This document shows positions 8,639 to 18,599 of a stretch of 60,525 nt of DNA, one piece after another. The stretch comes from Patescibacteria group bacterium (lineage in GTDB: Bacteria; Patescibacteriota; Minisyncoccia; UBA6257; Colwellbacteraceae). The stretch is taken from NCBI GenBank assembly GCA_022705565.1, contig JAKJEF010000002.1, forward strand, positions 1 through 60,525. The letters are read 5' to 3'. Made by a program: the position numbers and the translations under genes. A model generated the notes under the pieces. That model did not search any database and was not told the origin of the DNA. It saw only the letters and a program-made list of their open reading frames with translations. Each line of letters opens with the position of its first letter. The first letter of the stretch is position 1.

Positions 8639-8683
8639 GCCGTTTTAAGACGACCTCCGATTGCTTGACGGCTTTCCCGAAGG

Positions 8684-9715
8684 TCATTCCTCGGCTTCGG
8701 GCTTTTCCAAGACCATCGGCTCGATATTTGCCGTCGAACCGCTGATCCGCAAAACGTCTTTGTCTATTTTCCCGAATTCCTTGTAGGCCTGGTTGTACAT
8801 TCCGACCGAGGTCCCGAGATGGCTTCCCAGCTTTTTCATGTATCCTTCGTAGCTCGCCAGATGCTTGCCGAGCTCCTCCACCCGTTTTTTGATCTCCTTG
8901 GCCGATTCCTCTATCTGCAGAGCTTTGAGACCCTGGAGCACGGTTTGGAGATAGGCGAGAAAGCTAGTCGGAGAAACGATGATCACGTGTTTTTCCTTGA
9001 AAGCGTATTCGATCAAATCCCTCGTGTTCGTTTTAACCGCACCCACTTTATTCACCAGGAGATCGTAATAAATCGCCTCCGAAGGAATGAACATGAAAGC
9101 GAAATCCATGGTGTTCTCCTCCGGACGCACGTATTTCGAGGTTTCGTCGATGCGGTTTTTCAGATCGTCCCTGAATTGTTTTTCCAACTCCTCCCTTCTC
9201 TGGGAATCGTTTTCTGACAATATCCTTTCGTAGTTCTCCAAGGAGAACTTGGAATCCACCGGAATGATCTTGTCCTTCACGAAAACCGCGGCGTCCACCA
9301 TTTCGCCGTCTTTGAACTTGTACTGCATTTCGTAGGAATTCGGCGGCAGGACGTTCTTAAGGGTCTCTTCCAAAAAATACTCTCCGAGCACTCCCCTTTG
9401 CTTCGGGTTTTTGAGGATATCCTGGAGATCTTTCAGCTGATCGGCCAAACTCACCACCTGTTTCTGGCCTTCGCCCACCTTGGTCAGCTCCTCGGTGATC
9501 TCTTTGATCATCCGGCTGCTTTCGCCGAACTGCGACTGCATCACCTTTGGCAGTTCTCCGAGTTTCGCGTCCAAAACCCGGCTCATTTCGTTGATCTGGT
9601 TTTGAAGCAATATCAAAGAATTGTCGGCCGGTTTCGACTTTCTCAAGAGCAAAAACAAAGCAACGCCCAAAAGCGACAAGAACAAAATTATGACCGCCCA
9701 GAAAACTATTTCCAT
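8684..9715 (-). CDS. rmuC: DNA recombination protein RmuC
   Basis: N-terminal TM helix, coiled-coil region and RmuC C-terminal region. The ORF opens at a TTG (9781), but I prefer the ATG at 9715 (MEIVFWAVII..). The start is uncertain. Confidence 0.8.
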   Translation of the reverse strand: MEIVFWAVIILFLSLLGVALFLLLRKSKPADNSLILLQNQINEMSRVLDAKLGELPKVMQSQFGESSRMIKEITEELTKVGEGQKQVVSLADQLKDLQDILKNPKQRGVLGEYFLEETLKNVLPPNSYEMQYKFKDGEMVDAAVFVKDKIIPVDSKFSLENYERILSENDSQRREELEKQFRDDLKNRIDETSKYVRPEENTMDFAFMFIPSEAIYYDLLVNKVGAVKTNTRDLIEYAFKEKHVIIVSPTSFLAYLQTVLQGLKALQIEESAKEIKKRVEELGKHLASYEGYMKKLGSHLGTSVGMYNQAYKEFGKIDKDVLRISGSTANIEPMVLEKPEAEE

Positions 9716-9761
9716 GGGTTCTATTTTAGACCAAAAAAAGCCGGCTCGCCACCCGATGGTT

Positions 9762-11096
9762 TCAGGGGTTTTCGGCGGCAAAAGGGTTGATCAGGCAAAA
9801 ATCCGCGTCGCTCTGATCCGTTGCCGATTCCTTGAACCGGCAATCGCTAAGGCAATTTTCGTCGCAGCAGCCAAAATAATCGTAGGCGTAGCTCAGAGCG
9901 ATTCTGTAATCCGATCCGACCGGGCGCTCCGGTCGCAGGATCACGGTTTCCGTGCCGTCGTTCTCGGTGATAATCGAACTCATGACCGAGTTTCCTTTGA
10001 GTAAACTGATGCGGATGGATTTATCGTCGGAAACGAGATTGGTTCCGCTGCTTCGCCAGTTTATGGTCAGCCGGTCTCCGGGAGCGAAGCTTTCCCTGCC
10101 GTTCGGATAATCGACTTTCACCCAGGCTCTTTTGTCGGCCGCGGTCTCCGGTCTTTTCTCTCCGCCCAAGCAAACGGCGTTCCTTATTGGAGCCGGATCC
10201 GCTCTTTTTTCTCCATTCACATCGGCTTCCGCCAGAGCCGCGATTCCGGCCCTCGAGATTAGGCCGTCAATGACAAAATCGGAAAGATCGAAATTTAATC
10301 CAAGCCCGGATGCGGAAACCATTCCGCGCAGTTCTTCCGAACCCAAAGTCTTATCGGTTAAATAGATTCCCTTGGAAAGAAAAAAACTTTCGACATTTTT
10401 CTTATAGTCGTCGGAAAGTGTTTGGCTTATCAGGTTTTTGTCTTTGGTCAGCCGCATAATAATCGCTCCGGCTTCGCGCATGTCTACCGGAGTTTCCAGG
10501 ATGACGGAAGCTGTTTCTTCGAGTTCTCCGGTTAGGCGGATCTCCGGGTCGGGAAAATTATCGACGGATATTTCCGCTCCGTAGATATAAGGATCGATCC
10601 AGGCTATAAACCAACGGCCGTCGATTTTCTCCAAATAAAAAACATTCCGGTCGATTTTGATTTCCGGCAACAATCCCCAAATATTGCTTTTGGTCTCGAC
10701 CGCCGCGAAAACAACCGCCTTGTCCGAAGAATGATCCAGGATTTTGACGTTCAAAATATCGATTATTTCGAAATGCCGCTGTTTCGCGTTCAAGCTGTCC
10801 TTGATAAAACCATTCGCTTCCGCGATCAAAAGCTCTATTCCATTGTCGACGGCGTAAGCCTCTATGAAATCCCGCCAATTTTTGTTGATGTTGATGCTCC
10901 TCGCGTAATCGGCGTAATAATCCGATACAAACCTATCGATGGCGGCCCTATCGTATTTGGGAAGATAGCCGAACAATCCGAAATCCCAGATCACCCAAAC
11001 GATTCCGGCGAAAAAGACGAATAAAATCAGAATCAAGAATATTCTCCGTTTTAGCGGAGATTCCGAAGATGCCGAACGTCCCGTCTTGCGGCTCAT
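9762..11096 (-). CDS. Membrane-anchored hypothetical protein, last gene of the minor-pilin operon
   Basis: ORF 9762..11171. The ATG at 11096 (MSRKTGRS..) lies 1 nt after the upstream stop. It has one N-terminal TM helix, and its C-terminal segment VDYPNGRESFAPGDRLTINWRSSG resembles a segment of the protein at 31037..32725. Confidence 0.6.
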   Translation of the reverse strand: MSRKTGRSASSESPLKRRIFLILILFVFFAGIVWVIWDFGLFGYLPKYDRAAIDRFVSDYYADYARSININKNWRDFIEAYAVDNGIELLIAEANGFIKDSLNAKQRHFEIIDILNVKILDHSSDKAVVFAAVETKSNIWGLLPEIKIDRNVFYLEKIDGRWFIAWIDPYIYGAEISVDNFPDPEIRLTGELEETASVILETPVDMREAGAIIMRLTKDKNLISQTLSDDYKKNVESFFLSKGIYLTDKTLGSEELRGMVSASGLGLNFDLSDFVIDGLISRAGIAALAEADVNGEKRADPAPIRNAVCLGGEKRPETAADKRAWVKVDYPNGRESFAPGDRLTINWRSSGTNLVSDDKSIRISLLKGNSVMSSIITENDGTETVILRPERPVGSDYRIALSYAYDYFGCCDENCLSDCRFKESATDQSDADFCLINPFAAENP

Positions 11097-11097
11097 C

Positions 11098-11550
11098 TCA
11101 TCTTGTTTCTTCGGTAAAGGTAATTTCCAAGGTGCGCACGATCTGACCGGTTTCGTCCTTGCCGACGGCATACCATCTTTCGATTAAAGGATCTTCCGGC
11201 CGTCGGGCAGGCCTACAATCCTCCGGAGGATGCCTGATATCTGAACATTTTATATAAACCTGGAAGCTTTGTCCGTCCAGGCTTCCATCTCTGTTGTTCG
11301 CTTCCGGAAAACAAGAACAAAGATCTCCGTCTTCCGAAGCGCAGCAGCCGAACCGGCCCATCAATATCCTTTCGATGCCGGCGTCGGCCGAAAAAAGGGC
11401 TTGGGTCGACTGGCTGATGCTCGATGCTTGCCGCAGTTCGTAAACCACAAGCAAATTGGCCAAAGCCGTCGCTCCGAGAATGACGATCGACATGGTGAAA
11501 ACCATGAAAAGCATGGTTTGTCCTTTGGGTATTTTTCTCCGGATATCCAT
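11098..11550 (-). CDS. PilX-N-terminal-like pilus assembly protein
   Basis: 150 aa. The N-terminus KGQTMLFMVFTMSIVILGATALANLLV is hydrophobic and PilX_N-like but lacks Glu at +5. It sits in the pilin operon. Confidence 0.5.
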   Translation of the reverse strand: MDIRRKIPKGQTMLFMVFTMSIVILGATALANLLVVYELRQASSISQSTQALFSADAGIERILMGRFGCCASEDGDLCSCFPEANNRDGSLDGQSFQVYIKCSDIRHPPEDCRPARRPEDPLIERWYAVGKDETGQIVRTLEITFTEETR

Positions 11551-11551
11551 A

Positions 11552-12076
11552 TTATGATTCGGGTGGCCGATAATAGAACAACCTTTCGCTGACCGTTGTT
11601 TGGAAAGTGAGCGGACCCTTGAACAAAGAGCTTTCTACCTGAATTTTGATCGTTACCCTCGGCGGATAATAAGATAGCTGCGGCTGGATAATATCGAACT
11701 TCAAATCCGTCACTTGAACGTCGTCGGCGGTCAAACGTTTCGGAAAATCGCTGCCGGTTTTTTTGGTGATGTAATCTCCGTCCGGCGCTTTGGCGTAAGT
11801 CACTTCCTGTTGCTGATAATTGGTGAATCTCAATGAACTGTCCCCCTCAAGCGTGCTGTAATTCGTACCCGTTCTTATTTCTCGCGCCATTTGCTCTATC
11901 ACTAAAGCGAGATTGTCGAGGATGGCCGTCTGATTGGCCACGTTCCGTTCCGCTTTCAAGGAATTGGTGAAAATGGAGAGGATCATGAAAACGACTCCCA
12001 CGAAAATTCCCAAAGTGACGGTGACTTCCACCAGGGTGAATCCGGATTTTTTGGAAAAATTCGTCATATTTGTCAT
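11552..12076 (-). CDS. Prepilin-type N-terminal cleavage/methylation domain protein (minor pilin)
   Basis: The signal reads SKKSG-FTLVEVTVTLGIFVGVVF. Confidence 0.8.
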   Translation of the reverse strand: MTNMTNFSKKSGFTLVEVTVTLGIFVGVVFMILSIFTNSLKAERNVANQTAILDNLALVIEQMAREIRTGTNYSTLEGDSSLRFTNYQQQEVTYAKAPDGDYITKKTGSDFPKRLTADDVQVTDLKFDIIQPQLSYYPPRVTIKIQVESSLFKGPLTFQTTVSERLFYYRPPES

Positions 12077-12594
12077 TCCGCGCGCCAGCCGACGAAGTCC
12101 GTGGCTATTGTCGACGAACTAAGCGTGGTCGGATGCCTCGGATCGCGCCAAGCAACGGTGGCCGTCGCCCTGATTTTATAACTGGATATAGGCGTGATGA
12201 CGATCCACCTTTTGAAAATCGTCGGCTCGCCCGAGTCATAACTGTATAAGTTGTTATTATCGATATTCAAGAACCTCGTTTTCTCGAAAGCTCTTTCATC
12301 ATCGCAAGGCTTTAAATCGTTTCCGATATCTGCCGCGTCATACTGTACTTCAAAGCATTTGGATTCGGAAAAATCGTGATTCCAAGCGGCCCCTCTGACG
12401 ACATTGCTGTCCAGAATGTTTTTCGTCACCTCTAGGCCTTCGGCCGCCAGATTGGCGGCGATGAATTGGTCGGTGACGACCGAACTTGTCCGAAGGGCGC
12501 TTACCGCCAAGCTAAAAATACCGAGAACGCTCGAAACGATGATCCCCATGGCGATCATACCCTCGACGATGAATTGCCCTTTGGCGCTTCTCAT
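12073..12594 (-). CDS. Pilin-like protein (atypical prepilin signal)
   Basis: The N-terminus reads MRSAKG-QFIVEGMIAMGIIVSSVLGIF with Glu at +5. It overlaps the next gene by 4 nt. Confidence 0.6.
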   Translation of the reverse strand: MRSAKGQFIVEGMIAMGIIVSSVLGIFSLAVSALRTSSVVTDQFIAANLAAEGLEVTKNILDSNVVRGAAWNHDFSESKCFEVQYDAADIGNDLKPCDDERAFEKTRFLNIDNNNLYSYDSGEPTIFKRWIVITPISSYKIRATATVAWRDPRHPTTLSSSTIATDFVGWRAE

Positions 12595-12614
12595 ATTGTT
12601 TGATTATAGCCGGT

Positions 12615-13184
12615 TTAACGGACTATCGAAACCATACCCGAAGAGAGAACCCTCACTTGCCGCGGGGTTCCGGATCCGTCCCTCGCCCTGATAACTATGG
12701 TCTTTCCGCCTTCCTCATCGGCTCCGGGATCGAACGCCACCGCCGGATCCGGAGGAATAAACGATATTTTCTGTTCTCCACTTTCGAAGACTACAAGCGG
12801 ATCAAGGGTCATCGAATAAAGCGATCCCTCCGAAGACAAATCAGACGGCAAGCCAATGGCATTTTCTAAACACACCCCTCCTTCCCCTTGATCCCTGAAG
12901 ATATAAGCGCGGTTTTCTCCGGGGACGATATGCACGCCGTACCCGCAGACAAGCCCACCCTCGGGATCGGCCAAAGTGGCGACACTCAAAAATCTGGCGT
13001 AAGTGATAAGACTCCTTAATTCTTCCTGACTTTTGGAAAGGGTGAATTCTCTTTTGATCGAACTTCCCGAAATGCTTATCGACATCAAGAGCAATGAAGT
13101 GATGCCGATCGTCACCACCATTTCAACCAACGTGAATCCTTGCGCCGATTTTTTAGGCGAGGTTGAAAAACCGGAAATAGCCAT
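12615..13184 (-). CDS. Prepilin-type N-terminal cleavage/methylation domain protein (minor pilin)
   Basis: The signal reads KKSAQG-FTLVEMVVTIGITSLLL. Confidence 0.8.
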   Translation of the reverse strand: MAISGFSTSPKKSAQGFTLVEMVVTIGITSLLLMSISISGSSIKREFTLSKSQEELRSLITYARFLSVATLADPEGGLVCGYGVHIVPGENRAYIFRDQGEGGVCLENAIGLPSDLSSEGSLYSMTLDPLVVFESGEQKISFIPPDPAVAFDPGADEEGGKTIVIRARDGSGTPRQVRVLSSGMVSIVR

Positions 13185-13998
13185 TACATATATTAAAGCC
13201 CAAAAAAACGATTAAGAGAATCCCGGCTGCCATGAACGGACCGAAGGGCAGCATGTCTTTCATCTTTTTTCTCCGTAAAAACAGACTTATTCCGCCGAAA
13301 AATCCGCCGAGAATAAAAGAAAGCATCAAAGCTAAAACTATATCCGGCCAGCCGATAAAAAGTCCGGCGGCCGCGCCGAGCTTCATGTCGCCCATACCCA
13401 TTCCCCTACCTCGGGTTAAGAAAATCAATCCCATAAAAAGCAATCCTCCGAATAGCGCGGCTGCCAAGTGATTCAAAAAAATATTCTGCCGCAGTCCCAA
13501 AACGCTCGCGTAATATCCAATAAACGACCCTTCGGTCAGGCCGAAGGCTTTAGTCTGCCACCCGAGCAAAACGTACAATACTCCCAAGAGTCCGATAAAG
13601 AGATTCAGCTCGTCCGGAATCACCTGGAAATAAAAATCGATGAAAGACAGAACAAGAAGGCTTAATGCGAAAAGCGCGATCAAAAGCGCTTTCAAAGTCA
13701 GCCCCCATTTGAGATAAGCCGCGACGAGAATAATTCCAGATAAGATCTCGACGATCGGATATTGCCAAGATATTTTCCTATGGCAAGTTCGACACCTTCC
13801 TTTCTGTACAAAAAAGCTGAAAATCGGAATAAGCTCGAACCATCGAAGCGTCTTACCGCAAGAACGGCATTTTGACCTGCCGCCGAGATGTTTGCCGACC
13901 AAAGCGGTTTTATCCGGATCGTATCGCAAAATCACGACATTCAAAAAACTGCCGATGCAAATGCCGAAAAAAAACAGAATCAGAGAATTAACGATCAC
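13153..13998 (-). CDS. pilD: Prepilin peptidase (A24 family)
   Basis: 281 aa and polytopic. It has CxxC..CxxC (CRSCGKT..CRTCHRK) and the Asp-containing motif GMGMGDMKL. Confidence 0.9.
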   Translation of the reverse strand: MIVNSLILFFFGICIGSFLNVVILRYDPDKTALVGKHLGGRSKCRSCGKTLRWFELIPIFSFFVQKGRCRTCHRKISWQYPIVEILSGIILVAAYLKWGLTLKALLIALFALSLLVLSFIDFYFQVIPDELNLFIGLLGVLYVLLGWQTKAFGLTEGSFIGYYASVLGLRQNIFLNHLAAALFGGLLFMGLIFLTRGRGMGMGDMKLGAAAGLFIGWPDIVLALMLSFILGGFFGGISLFLRRKKMKDMLPFGPFMAAGILLIVFLGFNICNGYFRFFNLA

Positions 13999-14005
13999 TA
14001 TCGGA

Positions 14006-14467
14006 TTATTTCAAGCAGTAAAGCTTATTCTGGCCACAAGCAATTCCGAAAGTGGCCACTTCTATGCCGCCGGCCGGGATACCTCTTTCCATGGTCGCCC
14101 CCAAAACGTAATCGAAACCCCTTGGAGTCTCCACGCCATATTGATAAGGATTTCCTTGCGGGTCCTCTTCAGGAATATCATCCGCATCAGCTACGGCGGG
14201 AATAAGTGCTGTTCTTAATTGTTCCCAACTAACTGGACTAGTGACGTCCGCCGAACAGCTGGCGCCGCCCGCCCCCGGATAATGATTACATTTATTATAA
14301 TAAAGCTCCAAATAGGTCTGGACTTTTTTTAAATCCGCCATCCTTTTGGTATCTCTCGCATTCGATTGAACACTCTGTGTGCCGCTAAAGACCAACCCCA
14401 TCAAAATGCCGATGACCGCGATAACGATCACCATTTCGATCAATGTAAAACCTTTTTGCGATTTCAT
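14006..14467 (-). CDS. pilA: Type IV pilin (probable major pilin)
   Basis: 153 aa. The signal reads MKSQKG-FTLIEMVIVIAVIGILMGLV. It is the first pilin gene after pilC. Confidence 0.8.
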   Translation of the reverse strand: MKSQKGFTLIEMVIVIAVIGILMGLVFSGTQSVQSNARDTKRMADLKKVQTYLELYYNKCNHYPGAGGASCSADVTSPVSWEQLRTALIPAVADADDIPEEDPQGNPYQYGVETPRGFDYVLGATMERGIPAGGIEVATFGIACGQNKLYCLK

Positions 14468-14535
14468 GTTTTTAAATTGATTTGCGACTTTTATTTTTAT
14501 CGTTGACCCGAGTTTATGTATTTATTCTACCCGAA

Positions 14536-15744
14536 TTAGAGCGTGGAGACAAACTGGAACATCGGCAGGAGAATCGAGGCGAAAAGCCCGGCCACGGCGC
14601 CGCCGATGACGATCATCAAGACCGGCTGGATAAGCTCCACCAGGTTGCCGACGGTTTCGTCGACCTCGCGGCTGTAAAATCCGGAAAGTTTGGATAAAAG
14701 CTCGTCCAAACGGCCGGTGGTCTCTCCAACCGCCACCATCTGGCTCACGAGCGGAGGGAAAAGATCCTGGTTCTTGGCGAGAGACTGCGACAGCAGTTCT
14801 CCCCGTCTGATATCTTCGGCCGAGGATTTCAGGGCCTCGCCGTAAATCATGTTGCCGATCGTGTCTCCGCTGATCTCCAAGGCTTGGGCGATCGGAACGC
14901 CGCCCTTAATAAGGATACTCGCCGATTCCCCAAATTGGGCAATGGCGATATAACGGAACAATCTTCCGAAAACCGGCATCCGGAAAACCAATTCGTCGTA
15001 AACGATTTTTCCCTCGGCCGACCGGAAATAATCCGCGAAAAAGAAAACCAGGGCGATAATGGCAAAGAAAACCATAAACCACCATCGGGACAGAAATTGC
15101 CCGAAAACCACCAAGGCGTGGGTAAAGCCCGGCATCTGGATCCCCGAAGAGACAAACATGTCTTCGATCTGCGGCAAAACGCCGATGATAAGATAGCCGG
15201 CGACGCCGAGAAAAAGGAAAATCGTCACCATCGGATAAGTCATCGAGTTCTTGATTTTGCCGGACAAAGTCGCCTGACGCTCGTAATAATCCGCCAAGTA
15301 GTTGGCCGCCTCCTCCAGCCGGCCGGTGATTTCCGCGGACCTGATCATGTTCACGTAAAAATTCGAAAAAACATTCTCGTATTTTTCAAGGGCCTGCGAA
15401 AGCGCCAATCCGGAATCGATGTCCTGACGCACTTCTTCAATGGTTCTTTTGAGAAGGGTGTTCCTCGTTTGATCGACCAAGGTCGTAAACGTCTTGTCGA
15501 GCGGTACCTGGGCCGAAAGCAAGGTGGCGAATTGCCTCGTAAAAACCATGATGTCGCGAAGTCCTACCCGTTCGCCGAAAAACGGCAAACCGGCGAGGAA
15601 AGATTTCTTTTCCTCGCTTTCCAAAGTGAGAATGAAAAGCTCGTGTCCGGTCAGAATGCCGATGGCCGACTCCCTGGTCGGCGCTTCGACAAAACCGGCT
15701 TGAAGCTCTCCTTCTTTGGTTCTCGCTGAATACTTGAATCTCAT
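14536..15744 (-). CDS. pilC: Type IV pilus platform protein PilC (GspF family)
   Basis: 402 aa with a duplicated T2SSF-type architecture and three TM regions. Confidence 0.9.
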   Translation of the reverse strand: MRFKYSARTKEGELQAGFVEAPTRESAIGILTGHELFILTLESEEKKSFLAGLPFFGERVGLRDIMVFTRQFATLLSAQVPLDKTFTTLVDQTRNTLLKRTIEEVRQDIDSGLALSQALEKYENVFSNFYVNMIRSAEITGRLEEAANYLADYYERQATLSGKIKNSMTYPMVTIFLFLGVAGYLIIGVLPQIEDMFVSSGIQMPGFTHALVVFGQFLSRWWFMVFFAIIALVFFFADYFRSAEGKIVYDELVFRMPVFGRLFRYIAIAQFGESASILIKGGVPIAQALEISGDTIGNMIYGEALKSSAEDIRRGELLSQSLAKNQDLFPPLVSQMVAVGETTGRLDELLSKLSGFYSREVDETVGNLVELIQPVLMIVIGGAVAGLFASILLPMFQFVSTL

Positions 15745-15747
15745 GGC

Positions 15748-16818
15748 TTACATCCGCTCGAGCAGAATCCTCAACTCCGAAGGATTCAAGGAATAAAGCT
15801 CGGCGTTTTCCAAAGAAATTTCCCTTTTCTTGACGAGGTCGGCCAACGACCGGTTCAAAGTGGTCATGCCTTCCTGCAGGCTTGTCTCGATAACGAGATC
15901 GATCTGGTAGATCTTCCTTTCCCTGATCAGATTCCTGATGGCGGAATTGACGAACATGATTTCGCAGGCCGGGACGCGGCCGCCGTCGATGCGCGGCACG
16001 AGCCTCTGGGAAACGATGCCGACCAAAGTGGCGGCGAGCTGGGACGTTATCTGGCCCTGCTGGTTCGCCGGGAAAGAATCGATGATGCGGTCGACGGTCT
16101 GGGCCGCGGAATTGGTGTGGAGGGTGGAGAAAACCAAATGTCCGGTTTCCGCCGAAGTCATGGCCGTGGCGATGGATTCGGAATCCCTCATTTCTCCGAT
16201 CATCACCACGTCCGGATCCTGACGGAGCAAAGATTTTAGAGCCTGGTGGAAATTAAGGCTGTCGGTTTTAACCTCACGTTGGGAAACGATACATTTATCC
16301 TGGACAAATAAATACTCGATCGGGTCCTCGATCGTAATGATATGGTCCATCCTCTTGTGGTTGATCTCGTCGACCAAAGCCGCCAAGGTGCTTGATTTTC
16401 CGTGTCCGGCCGGACCGACGACCAAGACAAATCCCTGGGAAAGACCGGTGAATTTATGGAGGATCGACGGCAGATGCAGCTCCTCGAGAGTTTTGATCTG
16501 CGCCGGGATCAAACGGAGCGAAGCGGCCATGAATCCGCGCTGGAAAAAAACATTGACGCGGAAACGGGCCTTGTCCTCGAAAGCGTAAGAAAGATCGAGG
16601 TCGCGGTAAGTCAGGAATTTTTCTTTTTGTTCGTCGGTAAGTAGGGCGCCGATCAGGCCGGCGGTCATTTCCGGAGTCAAGATCTGCTCTTTCGGCATGT
16701 CGATCAGGCTGCCGTCGATGCGCATCATCGGCCTCCGGCCGACCGCTAAGTGCAGATCCGAAGCATTGCTCCGGGCGGTCGCGAGAAGCAATTCGTTCAT
16801 TTTTTGCCTGTAATCCAT
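15748..16818 (-). CDS. pilT: Twitching-motility (retraction) ATPase PilT
   Basis: 356 aa with Walker A GPAGHGKSSTL. It reads as PilT/PilU along its full length. Confidence 0.9.
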   Translation of the reverse strand: MDYRQKMNELLLATARSNASDLHLAVGRRPMMRIDGSLIDMPKEQILTPEMTAGLIGALLTDEQKEKFLTYRDLDLSYAFEDKARFRVNVFFQRGFMAASLRLIPAQIKTLEELHLPSILHKFTGLSQGFVLVVGPAGHGKSSTLAALVDEINHKRMDHIITIEDPIEYLFVQDKCIVSQREVKTDSLNFHQALKSLLRQDPDVVMIGEMRDSESIATAMTSAETGHLVFSTLHTNSAAQTVDRIIDSFPANQQGQITSQLAATLVGIVSQRLVPRIDGGRVPACEIMFVNSAIRNLIRERKIYQIDLVIETSLQEGMTTLNRSLADLVKKREISLENAELYSLNPSELRILLERM

Positions 16819-16864
16819 GATGTTTGTTTTATTCCTCGGAAGTTGATTTTTATTATAACACGCC

Positions 16865-18598
16865 CTATTCCGTCTCCCTCAAAACTTCTTCGATCGAGAC
16901 CAATCCGTCCAGCACCTTCAATATGCCGTCCTGCCTCAAAGTGATCATTCCCTGGCGCTCGCCTTCGTCGACGACATCGGCTTCGGTCGGATTGCCGGCG
17001 ACGATCTTTTCGAGCTCCCTCGTCATTTTCATGATCTCGAAAATGGCGATGCGGCCGGAGGTTCCCTTCCCCTTGCAGGCCGGGCATCCCGGAGAATGGA
17101 AAATCTGATAAGGTTCTTTGTAAATCAATTTCGATCTGACGTCTTCCGGAAGCTTGGCGATCTCTTCTTTGATGATCTTTTGGATTTCCGGAGAAGCGAT
17201 TTCGGTTTCGCGGCACTGTTGGCAAAGCCGTCCCAAAAGCCTTTGGGACATCATCAGGTTCAAAGCCGACGGCAGAAGAAAAGGAGGAACTTTCATGTCG
17301 ATCAGCCTCGGAATGACTCCGGCGGCGTTATTCGTATGAAGCGTGGACAAGACGATATGTCCGGTCAAAGCGGCGTTTACCGCGAGGCCCGCGGTTTCGT
17401 TATCGCGGATCTCACCGACCATGATTATGTCCGGGTCTTGTCTCAATATCTGGCGAAGGCCGGAGGCGAAATCATATCCGATTTCCGGCTTCACCTGCGA
17501 TTGATTGATCCCTTCGACAAAATACTCGACCGGGTCTTCCAAGCTGACGATATTCACGTCCTCCTGGTTCAAAATCTTCAAAAGCGCGTAAAGGGTGGTT
17601 GTTTTTCCGGATCCGGTCGGTCCGGTGACGAGGACCATCCCGAAAGGCTTCCTGATTCCCTCTTGGATGATGTCGGCATTCTTGCCGACGATTCCCAGGT
17701 TATCGAGGCCTTTCAGGCCGATGCTCGGATCGAGAACGCGGAGCGCCACTTTTTCGCCCATGGGCGTCGGGAAAGTGGCGACGCGGAAATCGATGTCCCG
17801 CCCGAAAATCACCGTCCGGAAACGACCGTCCTGCGGAATTCTTGTTTCGTCTATTTTCAGATCGGAAAGGATCTTGATCCTCGAAACGAGCGGCTGCTGG
17901 AGTTCTATGGGCAAAGAAGCCACTTCTTCCAAATCACCGTCCATCCTGAATCTGACGCGAACCCTGTTTCTCATCGGTTCCACGTGGATATCCGAAGCTT
18001 TGCGTTCGACCGCTTCCCTGAAAGTCGAAGCGACCAATTTGATGACCGGCGCTTCCTCGGCCACTCCTTTGGCTTCTTCGAGCGCCACCGGCCGCTGCAA
18101 CGAAGACAAGCCGTCGCCGGATTTGATTCCCAAAGATTTTATCGCCGCTTCGACTTCGGATTTGTAAGGATTGTATCTCCGAAGCACCAACTCCAGATCC
18201 GCCGGGGTGATGATGAAAACTCCCAAATTCAAACGATTGGCTTTGGCGATGAATCTCAAAGCGTCCTGGGCCCGGCTGTTTTGCGGATCGACCATGCCGA
18301 CGACGAGCATGTCTTTGGTCCGCGAAATCGGAGCCACCTTATAGGCTTGGACCGTTTCCTTCGGCACCAGGGCCAAAAGATCGTCGGTCAAAGAGCCCAC
18401 GTTTATTTTTTGATAAGGAATGCCGATGATCTCGCTTTTGACTTCGGCGATCTTTTCTTCGGGCACGGTTCGCCGCAGATAAAGCAGATCTTCGACCGGC
18501 TTTTGGGAAACCGCCGATTCTTTCAAAATCTGCTCGCCGGCTTCTTTGGTGAGCAGATTTTTCTTAACAAGGGCTGCCGTTAAAACCTGGGAATCCAT
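16865..18598 (-). CDS. pilB: Type IV pilus assembly ATPase PilB (GspE family)
   Basis: 577 aa with an N-terminal T2SSE_N-like region, Walker A GPTGSGKTTTLY and a C-terminal CxxC..CxxC. Confidence 0.9.
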   Translation of the reverse strand: MDSQVLTAALVKKNLLTKEAGEQILKESAVSQKPVEDLLYLRRTVPEEKIAEVKSEIIGIPYQKINVGSLTDDLLALVPKETVQAYKVAPISRTKDMLVVGMVDPQNSRAQDALRFIAKANRLNLGVFIITPADLELVLRRYNPYKSEVEAAIKSLGIKSGDGLSSLQRPVALEEAKGVAEEAPVIKLVASTFREAVERKASDIHVEPMRNRVRVRFRMDGDLEEVASLPIELQQPLVSRIKILSDLKIDETRIPQDGRFRTVIFGRDIDFRVATFPTPMGEKVALRVLDPSIGLKGLDNLGIVGKNADIIQEGIRKPFGMVLVTGPTGSGKTTTLYALLKILNQEDVNIVSLEDPVEYFVEGINQSQVKPEIGYDFASGLRQILRQDPDIIMVGEIRDNETAGLAVNAALTGHIVLSTLHTNNAAGVIPRLIDMKVPPFLLPSALNLMMSQRLLGRLCQQCRETEIASPEIQKIIKEEIAKLPEDVRSKLIYKEPYQIFHSPGCPACKGKGTSGRIAIFEIMKMTRELEKIVAGNPTEADVVDEGERQGMITLRQDGILKVLDGLVSIEEVLRETE

Positions 18599-18599
18599 T

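Noticed and set aside
7984-8745. A 253-aa plus-strand ORF, with several shorter ones in 6678..8261, overlapping groEL/groES.
   Set aside because: It is antisense to unmistakable GroEL/GroES coding sequence. The translation is Ser/Pro/Thr-rich and low-complexity, typical of shadow ORFs.
17096-18583. A 495-aa plus-strand ORF covering almost all of pilB.
   Set aside because: It is antisense to a full-length GspE/PilB ATPase. The product is Arg/Asp/Phe-rich with no motifs, so it is a shadow ORF.
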